A DNA stretch of 44,711 bases, from IMG/VR virus record IMGVR_UViG_3300046779_001323, positions 1 to 44,711 of that record. One strand, written 5' to 3'. The position numbers and the translations under genes were made by a program. The notes below the pieces were generated by a model that did no database searches, was not told the origin of the DNA, and saw only the letters and a program-made list of their open reading frames with translations. Of the stretch, positions 6,865 through 17,103 are shown one piece after another. Position 1 is the stretch's first letter; every line of letters begins with the position of its first letter. This DNA comes from a virus (lineage: Duplodnaviria > Caudoviricetes).

Positions 6865-9800
6865 TTCCCTGCAGATACTGAATCAGCTCTCCTAGCGATT
6901 CTCCTGGGGTGTTCACTGGCTTGTTAGCGTCTGCTTCACGCTTTCTCAATACCTTTAGAGAAGTCCTCAACTCAGAACGTGCAGCCTTCTGGTTGTCTGG
7001 GGTTAGGTACTTTGCAGCCCTTGCTCCAGTAGACCAGTTGAACCAAGTCCTTAGCAGTTCCTGGCTACGCTCGTCGCTAGTCATGGTTGTCCACTTGCCC
7101 TTTTCAACAACGCCAGGGAAGTAGTAGGCAGCCAGAGCGTACTGAGCGTTTAGACCAAATGCACCCGCAACGTCTTCAACGATCTTTGGAATGTCCTCAT
7201 TGGTCAATCCTCCGCGCATTAGGTCAACACCATTAGAAGTACGTCCCTGTCCCCAGTTGATGAGAAAGTTACCCAGTAGAGGAGTGGCAGAGTAGAAGAC
7301 CTGACCAGCGGTTCCAACTGTCATGTTAAAAGCATTAGCAGCTGGGCTCTCGTTCTTGTTCCATTCAATAGCGGCTAGCCAGCTGTCGGTTCCGAACAAG
7401 TCCCACATCGGGTTCGCAATGGAGAATGAGTACTGAGAGTCAGGGGTGAGTAGAGCAAGAGTGTTCTGCTGATAGCTACGCACAGGCTTGTCTTCTGGGT
7501 CGTGGCTACCAAAGTACTCTGGCTCAGATCCCATGCCAGCCTGAAGGTTATAGTAAGCCTTCTCGTAAGAAAGTAGACGACCTGGTCTGTCCAGCAGGTC
7601 CATCATCAAAGCGCCAAGGGTCTTTGCTCTCCAGGTGAAGAACAAGATAGCCTGACGGCTTACGATGCGGTTGAACTTGCTGACATCCTGTGGCTGTGGG
7701 TGATAGCGGTCAACAGTCTTTAGAGCCTGACGAGCGCCCTCTTCAAGGCTGGTCCAGTTACCCTTCTTCATGATGTCTAGCCATAGAGCCATACGGCCCC
7801 AGTTGTCACGAGTGGAGGCTAGTTTTCCAGCGAAGTCGGTTACGATTTGGTAAGCCTCTTTGACTCCTCTGGAGTTAATCATGCTTCGTAGGTTGTTAGC
7901 ATCGCTGAACTCGGTTAGAAGGTCTAGCATCATGGACTGCTGGAAGCCAACCATTCCGCCAATGTCCTTGTACAGCTTGGCTAGGTCGGCTTTCTGGATG
8001 TTAGTCAGCTTGCCGTTCAGGACGATAGGAGCAGTTGTTCCCATCTTCGTAGGGTCAGATTCTGGTCGAATGGTGAACCCAGCAGCCTTCTGCTCAGCAA
8101 TGTAACGCTCTTGCCAGTAGAACATCGACTTTCTATCGACACCTAGGTCTGCCTCTTTTACTGCCATACTGAGCATCATTTCAGCCGAGTCGACGTAGTT
8201 TAGAGGGTTCCTCATGCCAGCAACATCGTTGATAAAGAACATACCCATAGCGTTCATGACGTGGTTACCAGGGCGCAGGGTGGTCATGTTCTGCTTCGCA
8301 AAGTCCTGAATCTTGGTAAACCTCTGCATGAAGTTTGCGAATCCAGCACCGACTCCCTTGTATGCCTGGCTGACAAAGTTGGAGAATGTCTTGATTTCCG
8401 AAATCATGTCTGCTGGATACAGGAAGTTGTCGGTGTCCATGAAGTACATAACTTCATTTCCAGAGTCAACCTTAAGCTCCTTTGGCCCTGTAATCTTTAC
8501 GAAGCCCTGAGCCTTTGCGGCCTCTAGGCTCGAGAAGTCCGAGATACTGCGAGCGCCGCTCATACGAGTAACTTCAGTACCTAGAACGCGTAGGCGCTCT
8601 GCTTCGGCAAAAGCGAAGTGCAGGTGGTTAATCGCCTCGAATGGCTTCGAGAAGTCCATGTCCTTCCATGCGTCGGCTAGACCATCAGGGCTGAGGCTTG
8701 GGCTGAAACCAACCTCTCCTCTTGCGCCAATCTTCGCTAGAAGACCGTTGTACAACTCAACTGGAGCTCTCTGGTAGTTAAGAGCACCATTCTTACCAAA
8801 CAGCGTAAAGAGCTGAGCAGCGACGTCGGCAAGAGCCTGTAGCCCCAACTCGTCTAGATCCTGGAACGGATTTCTCACTCCGCCCTTGGTCGGAATAGCA
8901 ATAGCACGGATGGCCTCTAGGCTATCTGCGACAGTGGCAGCAGTACCAATATCAAGTGCGCCCTGACGGCTTGAGTGGAAGCCCTTGCGAGCAGTATCCA
9001 AGTCTTCTAGGAACTTTGGAAGCATCTCGTCAGGAAGGTCCATCAAACGCTCGACGGCTAGCTTAGGGTGGTCTACGCCAGTGTCGTTCGTGACCTTTGC
9101 CCAGTAGCGGCTTAGCCCTACGTTTGAACGCATGAACATAGACTCTAGCTCGATAGTGTTACGAGATACGCCACCGTAGATGTCACGAAGCCGTTCCATA
9201 CCGTAGTTGTAGCTAAAGGTCCTCAATACGCGGTCAGCAGTGCGAAGGAACCAGTTGATCTTTGTAGAGTCAGTGATAACGTCATTTACTAGGTCAACCA
9301 TGTCTCCGTGCTCTGGGCTTAGCCCTGCTTCACGGATAGCAACTTCTTTCTGCGCCAAGGTGTCTAGCTGGATGCCTCCTCGAGCGTTGATCTGCTTCAT
9401 CATTAGCTCTTTTTGCAACTGCTCAATCTGCTTTGGCTTCTTGCTGCCTGCCATAGCTGCCCTGATGCCCTGCATCTCAGGAGTGTCGATAACTTCTTTG
9501 AGTGCAGCCTGCTCAGCGGCTTGAAGCATATCTTCACGGCTTAGCTTGCTAGCGAGGAGCACCATGGCGTCACGAGCGGCCATGAATGTACCGAAGTCCC
9601 GGCCGAAGTTGTCCAGCTTCATTTCGTCGTTTAGTAGCTTCATTGCGTCTAGAGTGGCTGCAATCTTGTCACCACTGGAGGCGATGTCGCTATTTACGGC
9701 ACGAATCCAACCGTCACGAATAGCTCCGATGACTTCACCAGTTGCCCTGTTGCCTGCGACAACTGTGGCGTAAATAGCGTTCTGGCGGTGCTTTTCAAGC

Positions 9801-12800
9801 AGGCGGAACGCTGGGGCTTCTAGCGAGCCATCGGAGGCTTCTGATAGCCAGTACTCGATGTACTGACGAATACGCAAGGAGTTCTCCTCAGGGTTCAGGC
9901 TGAACCAAGAGTCACCCTTACCGTACTTAGCAGTCGAAGACTTGATCGCTTCGGTAACCATGTTGTTGTACATGTGCAGGTAAACAGCTCGGTACTGCTC
10001 CTCGGTAAAGAATTCACCAGGCTTCAGGTTGTCCATGTGAGCAACTAGAACACGAGCACCTTCCATCATCGAGGTGTAAGGCATCGAGTCTACACGCTCA
10101 ACGAATAGGACGTCGCGAGCCATCTCGGTAGGCATGGCTTCTAGAACGTCAGCATCTGAAAGGAAGATCGGCTTAAAGGCTACTTGATCAAGACCCTTGA
10201 TAGGCTCGCTAAATACAGCAAGTTCTTTTGGAGCACGGCTAAGCATCGGTGTGCTAGCTGGGACTACACCTCTAAGCATGTAGTACATGTCACGCAAACG
10301 AAGAGCCCTGGTTGTCAACTGCATGGTAACCAAGTCTTGCTTTGCCATGTCCTCAGGGTGTCTAGCCCTTGCAATCTGGCGAGCCTCAGTAACGATCGGA
10401 GCAAACTCTGTGTACTGAGTAAGGATTTCGCGGCTACGCTTGATTCCGATTTCGCCCTTGCTAGCAGCCTTAAACGGAACGATGTCAGTTGTCGTTCCAA
10501 GAAGCTTGTTCGGAACTTTTCTAATCGGATCTTGGGTCAAGCGGAAGAATAGGTTTACGCTCTCGCCTAGAGACATAAAGGTAGCGTCGACCAGCGATGG
10601 GGTATCTGCTTCCATGACCGATACAAGGTCCATCATCTGAGCCTGGAGACCCTCAACGATGTTTGCTCGCTCAGCTTCTGGGATGTTGTCGTAAGCTGCC
10701 TGGAGTTCCTCAGCGGTCTCTCTGCTGAGTCCCGCCTCAAGGTAGGCATTTTGCATGCGGATGCGCTCAAGCTCAGCCTGCTCGATAAGGTCACCGGAAC
10801 GCTCAATGTATGCCATCAAGGTACGGCGCTTGGGGATGCGACCAGTCTGAATGGCTCGAACCGCACCTTCGATTCCGTAGGATGCCAAAACGTTAGCGAC
10901 AAGTTCGTCTGAAACTTCTGGAGTACGAGCCTTCCAAGCGTCGATAAGTTCTGGTCCGGTTCTAAACAAGCTCTTGCTGCCCTCAGAACCTAGCTTCGTA
11001 AATACGTCGATAAGCTGCTTCCAGCGTCTAGCGTCGGCGTCTGTCTCTACATTCATTGTGCGGATAAGCTCAATGATGCTGTGAGGGTTCTCTCGAACGG
11101 CCTTTAGGTCGTTTAGGTCAATATCTAGGTCGATGTTAGCTGGTCTTCTGTAGCCATCCTTGACCAGCTTAGCCTGAACCTTTGCCAGGATCTTATCTAG
11201 CTGTCCACGCTCCCTACGTAGCCCCTCTACATCTCCCTTGCGGGTCTTTCTCTTCAAGGCAGCGTCAGCTCGCTTTGTGAGTACGTCGTAGATACTGGTC
11301 TGCTTGGCAAGCAAAAGCTCTGCCTGGGCGATTGCGTAACCCTTAACGTCTCCAGCCTTTTCAAACAGGCCTAGTAGTGCCTGTGCGCCTGCGGACTCTG
11401 GCCACACTTCATCTAGGAGTTTCTCAGCACGCATCCTGCGCACTTTGGCAATTGCAGCCTTTTGGGCCAGCGGAAGCACTGCATCGCGTCCAGCCTTCAC
11501 CTTTCCGCCTACTGGGATTCCGTATCTCTCAATGTGCCAGGCAATAGCACCAGTCATCCTGCCATCCGCTGGTCTGGGAGGAAGCCTGTCGTATATAAGC
11601 TTAAGAGCGTTCTCTGCCTTTTCAATCATCCTGTCGGCTTTTGCCCTACCGTATTGGCTAATTAACTTACCGTAGTTGGCAGGGTCGCTGTTAAAGAATT
11701 TCAAGAACTCAAACGCAGCAGTAATGTCAACCATTGACTCGCCGCTGCGTGCAAATTCTCGCTGCAAATTCTCAAAGAACAAGTTGAACAACTTATCCAT
11801 TTGTTCTTCTGGAATTACAGGTCCCGCTGACTGCCCAAAGAAGGCTGTCCTTGCACCGCCTAGCTCTTGGTCTGACAACTTCTTTTCGCCAGTCTTAGCG
11901 TCGTTGATCTTTGTCTGCAGCCAGCCAGTACTGGCATCTACTGGGAACTCGGCAGTCTCTGCCAGGTTTACGGCGGCACTCTCTTTAGCCTTGACCAGAA
12001 TTTCGGCTACTGCCTTTTTAAACGCAGCGTACTCTTTGGCGGATGGAGCCTTAGAAGTGCCAGTGTTCTTAGTGGCAATAATGGCTTCGAGAAGAGCTGG
12101 AGTCAGACCCTGACCACCCCATTTACTGGAGTAGCTCTTGAAGACCTTTGAACGTTCGGCAACGCTCAGTCTGTCTTTCCACCTAGGTGGCAAGCTGCGA
12201 GCGCCGAGGAAAGTCTCGTCGATGTAGTCGGCAAAACGGCCACCGTCTGGGGAGTTCTTCCTACGGCTTGTTGCGTATGCGACTGACATGAAGTCGGTAA
12301 CACTACCCACTCCGCGAGTTCTAAACACTTCTGAGAACCCTGGGAAGCCCTGGTTCTCGAGGCTGTCTCTGACTATAGCTATTTGGGTTTGAACATCACG
12401 TAGCAGCTCCATGATGAGCTTAGGCTGGCTTGCAGGAATCTTGAGGAAGCGGCCATTCTTGACTATTAGCTTCTTTATCTCAGTAAGTGCTCTTGAGCCT
12501 TCACTGGTGTTTACGATTCCCTCTATAGCCCTGTAAGCGGCCTCAAGGTTAAGGTTACCGCTCTCATCGACAGTAAGATTGTCTCTTTGAAATGCGCCTC
12601 GCATCTTGCCAATTTCATCCGCGGCTTGCGTTGCGGCAAAACGGTTAAGACCCTTCTTTGTGATTTCTTCTGCGACTCTAAAGTCGGTGGTTCCAATCCT
12701 CCGCAAAGTAGAAGACGGTCCTTGGGTGGGGATGCCGAATCGAGGGGAGGAAAGAAACACACTTGCGTTCATGCGCTGCTGTCGAAGTCCTGCTGCCATG

Positions 12801-15154
12801 TCAAGAAGATCGAGAGCGTCTTGCTCGCTAAGGTTCTTGGCGTTAGGAGCAAACCTGTCAGCCTTCTTGGCTAGAGCGTCAAATTCTTTTTCAGTAAGGC
12901 TTAGCTCACGAGGGGCAACCTGCCTCTGCAGATCAAGCAGTCCCAGCTTAGCGTTTTCCACCTTGAGGTTCATGCCATCGAACCGCTTGCGCTCAGCCTG
13001 GAGGAGAATGATGTGCGCTAGGTCAACTGCCATTGACTCAATATTTGAGCTAGTGGCAAACCTTCTAACACCTGCTCGCTTGAACAGCTCAGCGATTGCT
13101 GGGTCGTAAGCATCCCCACCTACTTGGCTAGCAAGCTTGATTACCTCGCTACGAGTTGGACCTTTTCCAGTGGCGGAGGTGCGGAAGGTCGCTAGAGTGC
13201 GAGGCTCTGCTTCTATGGTGAACGGGTTGTACTCGTTACGAGATAGGCTCTCTAGGAACGCTGCCTCTTTGGTCTGCTTAGTTTCTGCACGTAGTGCAGC
13301 GTAGCGTAGGCGCTCACCGAAGAGACGATAGTTGCCACCAATCGCTGAGGCAAGATCTGCGCCAGAAATGCTCTCAGCAATGGCTTGAAACCTTGCGTCA
13401 TCCCATTCTCCCAGAGGGGCAAGTTTCTTGCGAGCGGCAAGAACAGCGTCGTTAATCTCGTTAACAGTTGCTTGGTCAGCTCCCTTTACGGACCTACCCT
13501 TAGTGGTCGCTGGGGAAACTCTAGTCAAATCTCCCTTTACTAGGGAAAGAAGCTGACGCATCTCCTTCGAAGTGGAAGGGTCCTGGGCCTTTAGCTTGCG
13601 CTGCTCGCCAGCGTCATCAACGGTCTTTGCTCCGCGTCTAGACTCTCGCCATCCGACAGGGGAGAAGATTGACTTAACAGTCTCAAGAACCGTCTCTGGG
13701 TCAGCGTTAGCAACGAAGTCGTCCCAAGTCGATGCGATGTCTCCACCAGTGTCCGAAGCACCAAGCATGGAGTCACCAAGCTGCTGCATTGCCCCGGCGT
13801 TGTACTTAGGCTCTTCAAACTGCTTAACGAAAGGCTGAGTTTCCTTGAGGCTTCTAGCTACAGCTCGAGCGGCCTCTGCTCTTAGAACTACCTCGACCTT
13901 GCTTGGGTCGACTCTCTTGGCGATTTCTGCCAAGCGAGCAACTCTCTCAGGATTCTTTACAACTGCTTCTTTTGCGAAGCCAACTGCTCTTACGATCGCT
14001 TCCGCTAGTGCAGCGCTGGTGTCCTCGGGCTTTACGTCTTTCTGCGCTTTAACGGCAGCCGTCTTGCCCTGGTTGTTTACTCTCACCTGTTCGCTAATCT
14101 CGTCGATCGAGCGGTACAGAGCTTCTACGTCACCGGGATCTTCTCCCTTAGCAGCGGTTCTCGCGATAGCGTCTGTAAGTAGGTTCTCGCCACTCTTCGT
14201 AGCCATTCGCTGCTGACGGCGGATTTTTGCAACGTTAATGGCGTTCTTGTGTGACTCAATGAAGCCTCGACCAGCTTCTTTAGCAATAAATACGAATGGA
14301 TTGGTGTCGTAGCCAGTGTAGGCAGCGTCGCCCTCTATCTTAGGAATTGTCGGATAAAGAGGCTGAGGGGTAGTGCCTGCAATCGCAAGAGGGTCTCTTA
14401 GCGCTTCAGGAAGTGCTCTCTGCTCCGCTCCCAAGGTGGCCTTTCGGACACCAGCAATTGTTCCCTTTACAGCACCACCAACACCAAGTGTCATGTAGCT
14501 TAATGGGTCCGTTAGCACGTCCCAGCCGAACGAGTATAGACCAGTCTTGGTGACAGGCATTCCCACACCCTTTTCAATGCCTAGCCATGGGATGCTGAAC
14601 GCTGGAGCTGGAGTCGTGAATAGTGCTTCTTGGCTGCTAAGTTCCCCCAGAGCTGGGATGTTTTTTACGGCGTTGGCGAAGTCTTCGCTTTGGAATAGCT
14701 CGTATCCGCTTTCTACCGGAGTAGGCCCGCCGAAGAACTTATTAAGATCTCTACGGCTACGCGCGGTCGGCTCCATGAAGGAGTACGCAACGCCCTTGGC
14801 TAGTCCAGTTAGACCACCCCATGTGGCATTAGCTAGAGCACCACCGATTTTAGGGATTTCATCCGCCCTGATGCCATCTTCGCTCATGTCATAAATGGCG
14901 TTAGCGTAGGGGAGGGTTCCTGCTGCCAGGTTTGTTACGCCGCGACCGATAGAGAAAAGCCCGCGCATGAAGCCACCGAAGATGTTCATGGAGCCCTGGA
15001 CTGCATCCTGGAACATGTCAGAAGGTTCGCTAGCAGGGCTTGCCCCGTAGCTGATGCCAAGTCGATTGGTTGAGCTTGCCTGCGGAGTCGTACGAGTCAC
15101 CTTTACAGGATTCGACTGCAGGTATGAGATTAGTTTACTAATGTCTTGGGCCAC
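6854..15154 (-). CDS. Giant putative internal virion / DNA-ejection protein (2766 aa)
   Basis: Last gene of the structural operon after the adaptor, nozzle and coiled-coil genes; helical, Ala-rich; no catalytic motif recognised. Confidence 0.7.
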   Translation of the reverse strand: MAQDISKLISYLQSNPVKVTRTTPQASSTNRLGISYGASPASEPSDMFQDAVQGSMNIFGGFMRGLFSIGRGVTNLAAGTLPYANAIYDMSEDGIRADEIPKIGGALANATWGGLTGLAKGVAYSFMEPTARSRRDLNKFFGGPTPVESGYELFQSEDFANAVKNIPALGELSSQEALFTTPAPAFSIPWLGIEKGVGMPVTKTGLYSFGWDVLTDPLSYMTLGVGGAVKGTIAGVRKATLGAEQRALPEALRDPLAIAGTTPQPLYPTIPKIEGDAAYTGYDTNPFVFIAKEAGRGFIESHKNAINVAKIRRQQRMATKSGENLLTDAIARTAAKGEDPGDVEALYRSIDEISEQVRVNNQGKTAAVKAQKDVKPEDTSAALAEAIVRAVGFAKEAVVKNPERVARLAEIAKRVDPSKVEVVLRAEAARAVARSLKETQPFVKQFEEPKYNAGAMQQLGDSMLGASDTGGDIASTWDDFVANADPETVLETVKSIFSPVGWRESRRGAKTVDDAGEQRKLKAQDPSTSKEMRQLLSLVKGDLTRVSPATTKGRSVKGADQATVNEINDAVLAARKKLAPLGEWDDARFQAIAESISGADLASAIGGNYRLFGERLRYAALRAETKQTKEAAFLESLSRNEYNPFTIEAEPRTLATFRTSATGKGPTRSEVIKLASQVGGDAYDPAIAELFKRAGVRRFATSSNIESMAVDLAHIILLQAERKRFDGMNLKVENAKLGLLDLQRQVAPRELSLTEKEFDALAKKADRFAPNAKNLSEQDALDLLDMAAGLRQQRMNASVFLSSPRFGIPTQGPSSTLRRIGTTDFRVAEEITKKGLNRFAATQAADEIGKMRGAFQRDNLTVDESGNLNLEAAYRAIEGIVNTSEGSRALTEIKKLIVKNGRFLKIPASQPKLIMELLRDVQTQIAIVRDSLENQGFPGFSEVFRTRGVGSVTDFMSVAYATSRRKNSPDGGRFADYIDETFLGARSLPPRWKDRLSVAERSKVFKSYSSKWGGQGLTPALLEAIIATKNTGTSKAPSAKEYAAFKKAVAEILVKAKESAAVNLAETAEFPVDASTGWLQTKINDAKTGEKKLSDQELGGARTAFFGQSAGPVIPEEQMDKLFNLFFENLQREFARSGESMVDITAAFEFLKFFNSDPANYGKLISQYGRAKADRMIEKAENALKLIYDRLPPRPADGRMTGAIAWHIERYGIPVGGKVKAGRDAVLPLAQKAAIAKVRRMRAEKLLDEVWPESAGAQALLGLFEKAGDVKGYAIAQAELLLAKQTSIYDVLTKRADAALKRKTRKGDVEGLRRERGQLDKILAKVQAKLVKDGYRRPANIDLDIDLNDLKAVRENPHSIIELIRTMNVETDADARRWKQLIDVFTKLGSEGSKSLFRTGPELIDAWKARTPEVSDELVANVLASYGIEGAVRAIQTGRIPKRRTLMAYIERSGDLIEQAELERIRMQNAYLEAGLSRETAEELQAAYDNIPEAERANIVEGLQAQMMDLVSVMEADTPSLVDATFMSLGESVNLFFRLTQDPIRKVPNKLLGTTTDIVPFKAASKGEIGIKRSREILTQYTEFAPIVTEARQIARARHPEDMAKQDLVTMQLTTRALRLRDMYYMLRGVVPASTPMLSRAPKELAVFSEPIKGLDQVAFKPIFLSDADVLEAMPTEMARDVLFVERVDSMPYTSMMEGARVLVAHMDNLKPGEFFTEEQYRAVYLHMYNNMVTEAIKSSTAKYGKGDSWFSLNPEENSLRIRQYIEYWLSEASDGSLEAPAFRLLEKHRQNAIYATVVAGNRATGEVIGAIRDGWIRAVNSDIASSGDKIAATLDAMKLLNDEMKLDNFGRDFGTFMAARDAMVLLASKLSREDMLQAAEQAALKEVIDTPEMQGIRAAMAGSKKPKQIEQLQKELMMKQINARGGIQLDTLAQKEVAIREAGLSPEHGDMVDLVNDVITDSTKINWFLRTADRVLRTFSYNYGMERLRDIYGGVSRNTIELESMFMRSNVGLSRYWAKVTNDTGVDHPKLAVERLMDLPDEMLPKFLEDLDTARKGFHSSRQGALDIGTAATVADSLEAIRAIAIPTKGGVRNPFQDLDELGLQALADVAAQLFTLFGKNGALNYQRAPVELYNGLLAKIGARGEVGFSPSLSPDGLADAWKDMDFSKPFEAINHLHFAFAEAERLRVLGTEVTRMSGARSISDFSSLEAAKAQGFVKITGPKELKVDSGNEVMYFMDTDNFLYPADMISEIKTFSNFVSQAYKGVGAGFANFMQRFTKIQDFAKQNMTTLRPGNHVMNAMGMFFINDVAGMRNPLNYVDSAEMMLSMAVKEADLGVDRKSMFYWQERYIAEQKAAGFTIRPESDPTKMGTTAPIVLNGKLTNIQKADLAKLYKDIGGMVGFQQSMMLDLLTEFSDANNLRSMINSRGVKEAYQIVTDFAGKLASTRDNWGRMALWLDIMKKGNWTSLEEGARQALKTVDRYHPQPQDVSKFNRIVSRQAILFFTWRAKTLGALMMDLLDRPGRLLSYEKAYYNLQAGMGSEPEYFGSHDPEDKPVRSYQQNTLALLTPDSQYSFSIANPMWDLFGTDSWLAAIEWNKNESPAANAFNMTVGTAGQVFYSATPLLGNFLINWGQGRTSNGVDLMRGGLTNEDIPKIVEDVAGAFGLNAQYALAAYYFPGVVEKGKWTTMTSDERSQELLRTWFNWSTGARAAKYLTPDNQKAARSELRTSLKVLRKREADANKPVNTPGESLGELIQYLQGINP

Positions 15155-15182
15155 TAGATTATTTTACCTCTTTTTGAGGAAG

Positions 15183-16250
15183 TTAGCCGCCCAACATCCA
15201 TTGAGAGAGGCCAGTAGATTGCAAGACAAAGATTTCCTGCTCGGTAAGTCCAGCGTTGTCGCCTTCCTGAACCTTCTTTATTGCGCTTGACTTGAGCGCA
15301 GAGTACTCTGGGGCTGTAATACCAAGCTGAACCATTACATCTTGAGCTGCCTGCTCGCTTGGAGTTAGCTGAACTTCCTTAGAGCCAAATAGATCTGGGA
15401 ATTGAGCTTGGGCTCTCTTCAATGTCTGCTCATTCATTGCTCCAGAAAGGATTTTTCCTAGCGGAGTTAGCTTCTGAGTAGGAGTCTTGCCTTTTTCGGC
15501 CATAATCTGTGCGTTAACCTGGCCCACTTGTGCGTCAAGCAGTGCCTTCATGTTCATAAGGGTCTGGTTTCTGGTATTTCCAGTGGCCGTAACCATGCGG
15601 TTTGTACGTTCCTGAGCAGATCCCTGCTGGCTACGTAGCAAATTCTCGAAACTTGTAGCTCCAGCAGCCACATTTCCCATGCCTGTGTTCAAGGCCTCGT
15701 CGGAAGCGTAGTTAGTCTGGATAGATTCTGGTGCAAGTCCCAGTTCAGCGGCGACTTTCTGCCTGTTCGCTTGCTGGCGGGCCTGTTCTGCGGCTAGTGC
15801 AGCCTGTCTAGCGGTGGCTTGAGCCTGGCTGTCACTGATTGCAGTTCCATAAGAGGACTGTAGCTCCGCTCCCATCTCCTGGATGTCCTGAGATAGCACA
15901 CCGTAGAGGTTCTGAGCATCGGCACGGTTGGTCTTGTAGTTCCTTTGAGCGGCTAGGCGCTGTGCTTCAAGCTGTCGAATTGCAGCCTGGTTTGGACCAC
16001 CAGAAGTTTCGTACATAAGATTCTGCAGGGTCGCTAGTGCGCTTGCCTGGTCAGTTGCCATTCTCTGCTGAAGGTTGCGAGAACCTACAGTCTGCATGCG
16101 GGTAGGCTGCGTAGTCCGGACAAAGTCGTTTACGACGGCATTAAGAGCTTCTCCAGCAGGGGTGACAGCTGCGCTAGTCCCACCTACGCCGTAGTTAAAT
16201 GGGTTGGTTTGCTTTACTCGGCCAGCTCCAGTTACATCGGTAATATCCAC
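15183..16250 (-). CDS. Putative internal virion protein (coiled coil)
   Basis: Q/A-rich helical protein in podovirus ejectosome position. Confidence 0.65.
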   Translation of the reverse strand: MDITDVTGAGRVKQTNPFNYGVGGTSAAVTPAGEALNAVVNDFVRTTQPTRMQTVGSRNLQQRMATDQASALATLQNLMYETSGGPNQAAIRQLEAQRLAAQRNYKTNRADAQNLYGVLSQDIQEMGAELQSSYGTAISDSQAQATARQAALAAEQARQQANRQKVAAELGLAPESIQTNYASDEALNTGMGNVAAGATSFENLLRSQQGSAQERTNRMVTATGNTRNQTLMNMKALLDAQVGQVNAQIMAEKGKTPTQKLTPLGKILSGAMNEQTLKRAQAQFPDLFGSKEVQLTPSEQAAQDVMVQLGITAPEYSALKSSAIKKVQEGDNAGLTEQEIFVLQSTGLSQWMLGG

Positions 16251-16252
16251 GA

Positions 16253-16879
16253 TTAGCCTCCCTGAGCGGCGGCGAATCTACGGGCTAGGTAGTCTGCCAT
16301 GATTTTTTCTTTGGTGGTCTTCAGGGCTGCTTCATCAGCAATTCCCTGGTTGGTCAGTTGTTGCAAGAAGTCACTTACCGCCTGTCGCGCCTGCTCATCT
16401 GTGCGAGTCTTATCAGCCATAGCCTCTGATTCCGCACCCATAAAACCACCGCTGCGAGACATGCCACGAGCTGCGTAGTCATTAGCGATATCTTTATAGT
16501 TAGAGATAGCTGCTCTGTCGATCTCCCCTAGAGCGTCTTTTAGCTGGCGGTCTGCCTGCTGGCGCTGAAATTCCCTTAGTGCTTTGCCCGCATCGTAAAC
16601 GCCTTGAGCTTCCTGGATGTCCAGAGTTTCTTGAATGCCGAGCTGGCTTTCGATACTAGATGGCTTAGTAGCAGCAGGAGACCCAGGCTTAGTAGCAGGC
16701 TTAGTAGTAGCAGGCTTAGTAGCAGGCTTAGTAGCAGGCTTAGTAGCAGCAGGCTTAGTGACCTTAAAAGCCGTTTGACCCGATGCTGAACCCCTAGCTG
16801 CTTTAGCTGCATCTGCGGCCGTCCCTCCAGCAGATCTAGCTGCTGACGCAGCACGTGCCGCTCTATCTGCTAGACCCAT
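16253..16879 (-). CDS. Putative internal virion protein with TKP repeats
   Basis: Seven TKP units, then a coiled coil and ARGMSRSG motif. Confidence 0.65.
   Translation of the reverse strand: MGLADRAARAASAARSAGGTAADAAKAARGSASGQTAFKVTKPAATKPATKPATKPATTKPATKPGSPAATKPSSIESQLGIQETLDIQEAQGVYDAGKALREFQRQQADRQLKDALGEIDRAAISNYKDIANDYAARGMSRSGGFMGAESEAMADKTRTDEQARQAVSDFLQQLTNQGIADEAALKTTKEKIMADYLARRFAAAQGG
16662..16759 (-). repeat. 12/15-bp coding tandem repeat (ATKP)
   Basis: ggcttagtagca units on the + strand. Confidence 0.9.
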
Positions 16880-17103
16880 TACTTTTTACCTATCTGACTC
16901 TGAGGCTTGGCAAAGCGGCGAGCGCCGTTTCTGCCCTGTACCCATTTTAGCAGAGCTGCGTTCTTTGCACGCTGTTGCGTAGCTCTTTCTTCGTAACCTG
17001 CTTTGTCTAACTTCATTCCGGTATTAGGTCCTACGATACCTATGCCGTAACGCTTTGCACCAGCAGCGTATTTGTTAAATCCTGCTCCACCAACGTTGTT
17101 CAT
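16879..17103 (-). CDS. Small basic hypothetical protein of structural operon
   Basis: TAATG coupling at both ends. Confidence 0.7.
   Translation of the reverse strand: MNNVGGAGFNKYAAGAKRYGIGIVGPNTGMKLDKAGYEERATQQRAKNAALLKWVQGRNGARRFAKPQSQIGKK

Noticed and set aside
6854-15154. Virion RNA polymerase or tape measure protein
   Set aside because: No DxDGD or single-subunit RNAP motifs seen, and no tail tube or chaperone genes; cannot be fully excluded without a profile search.
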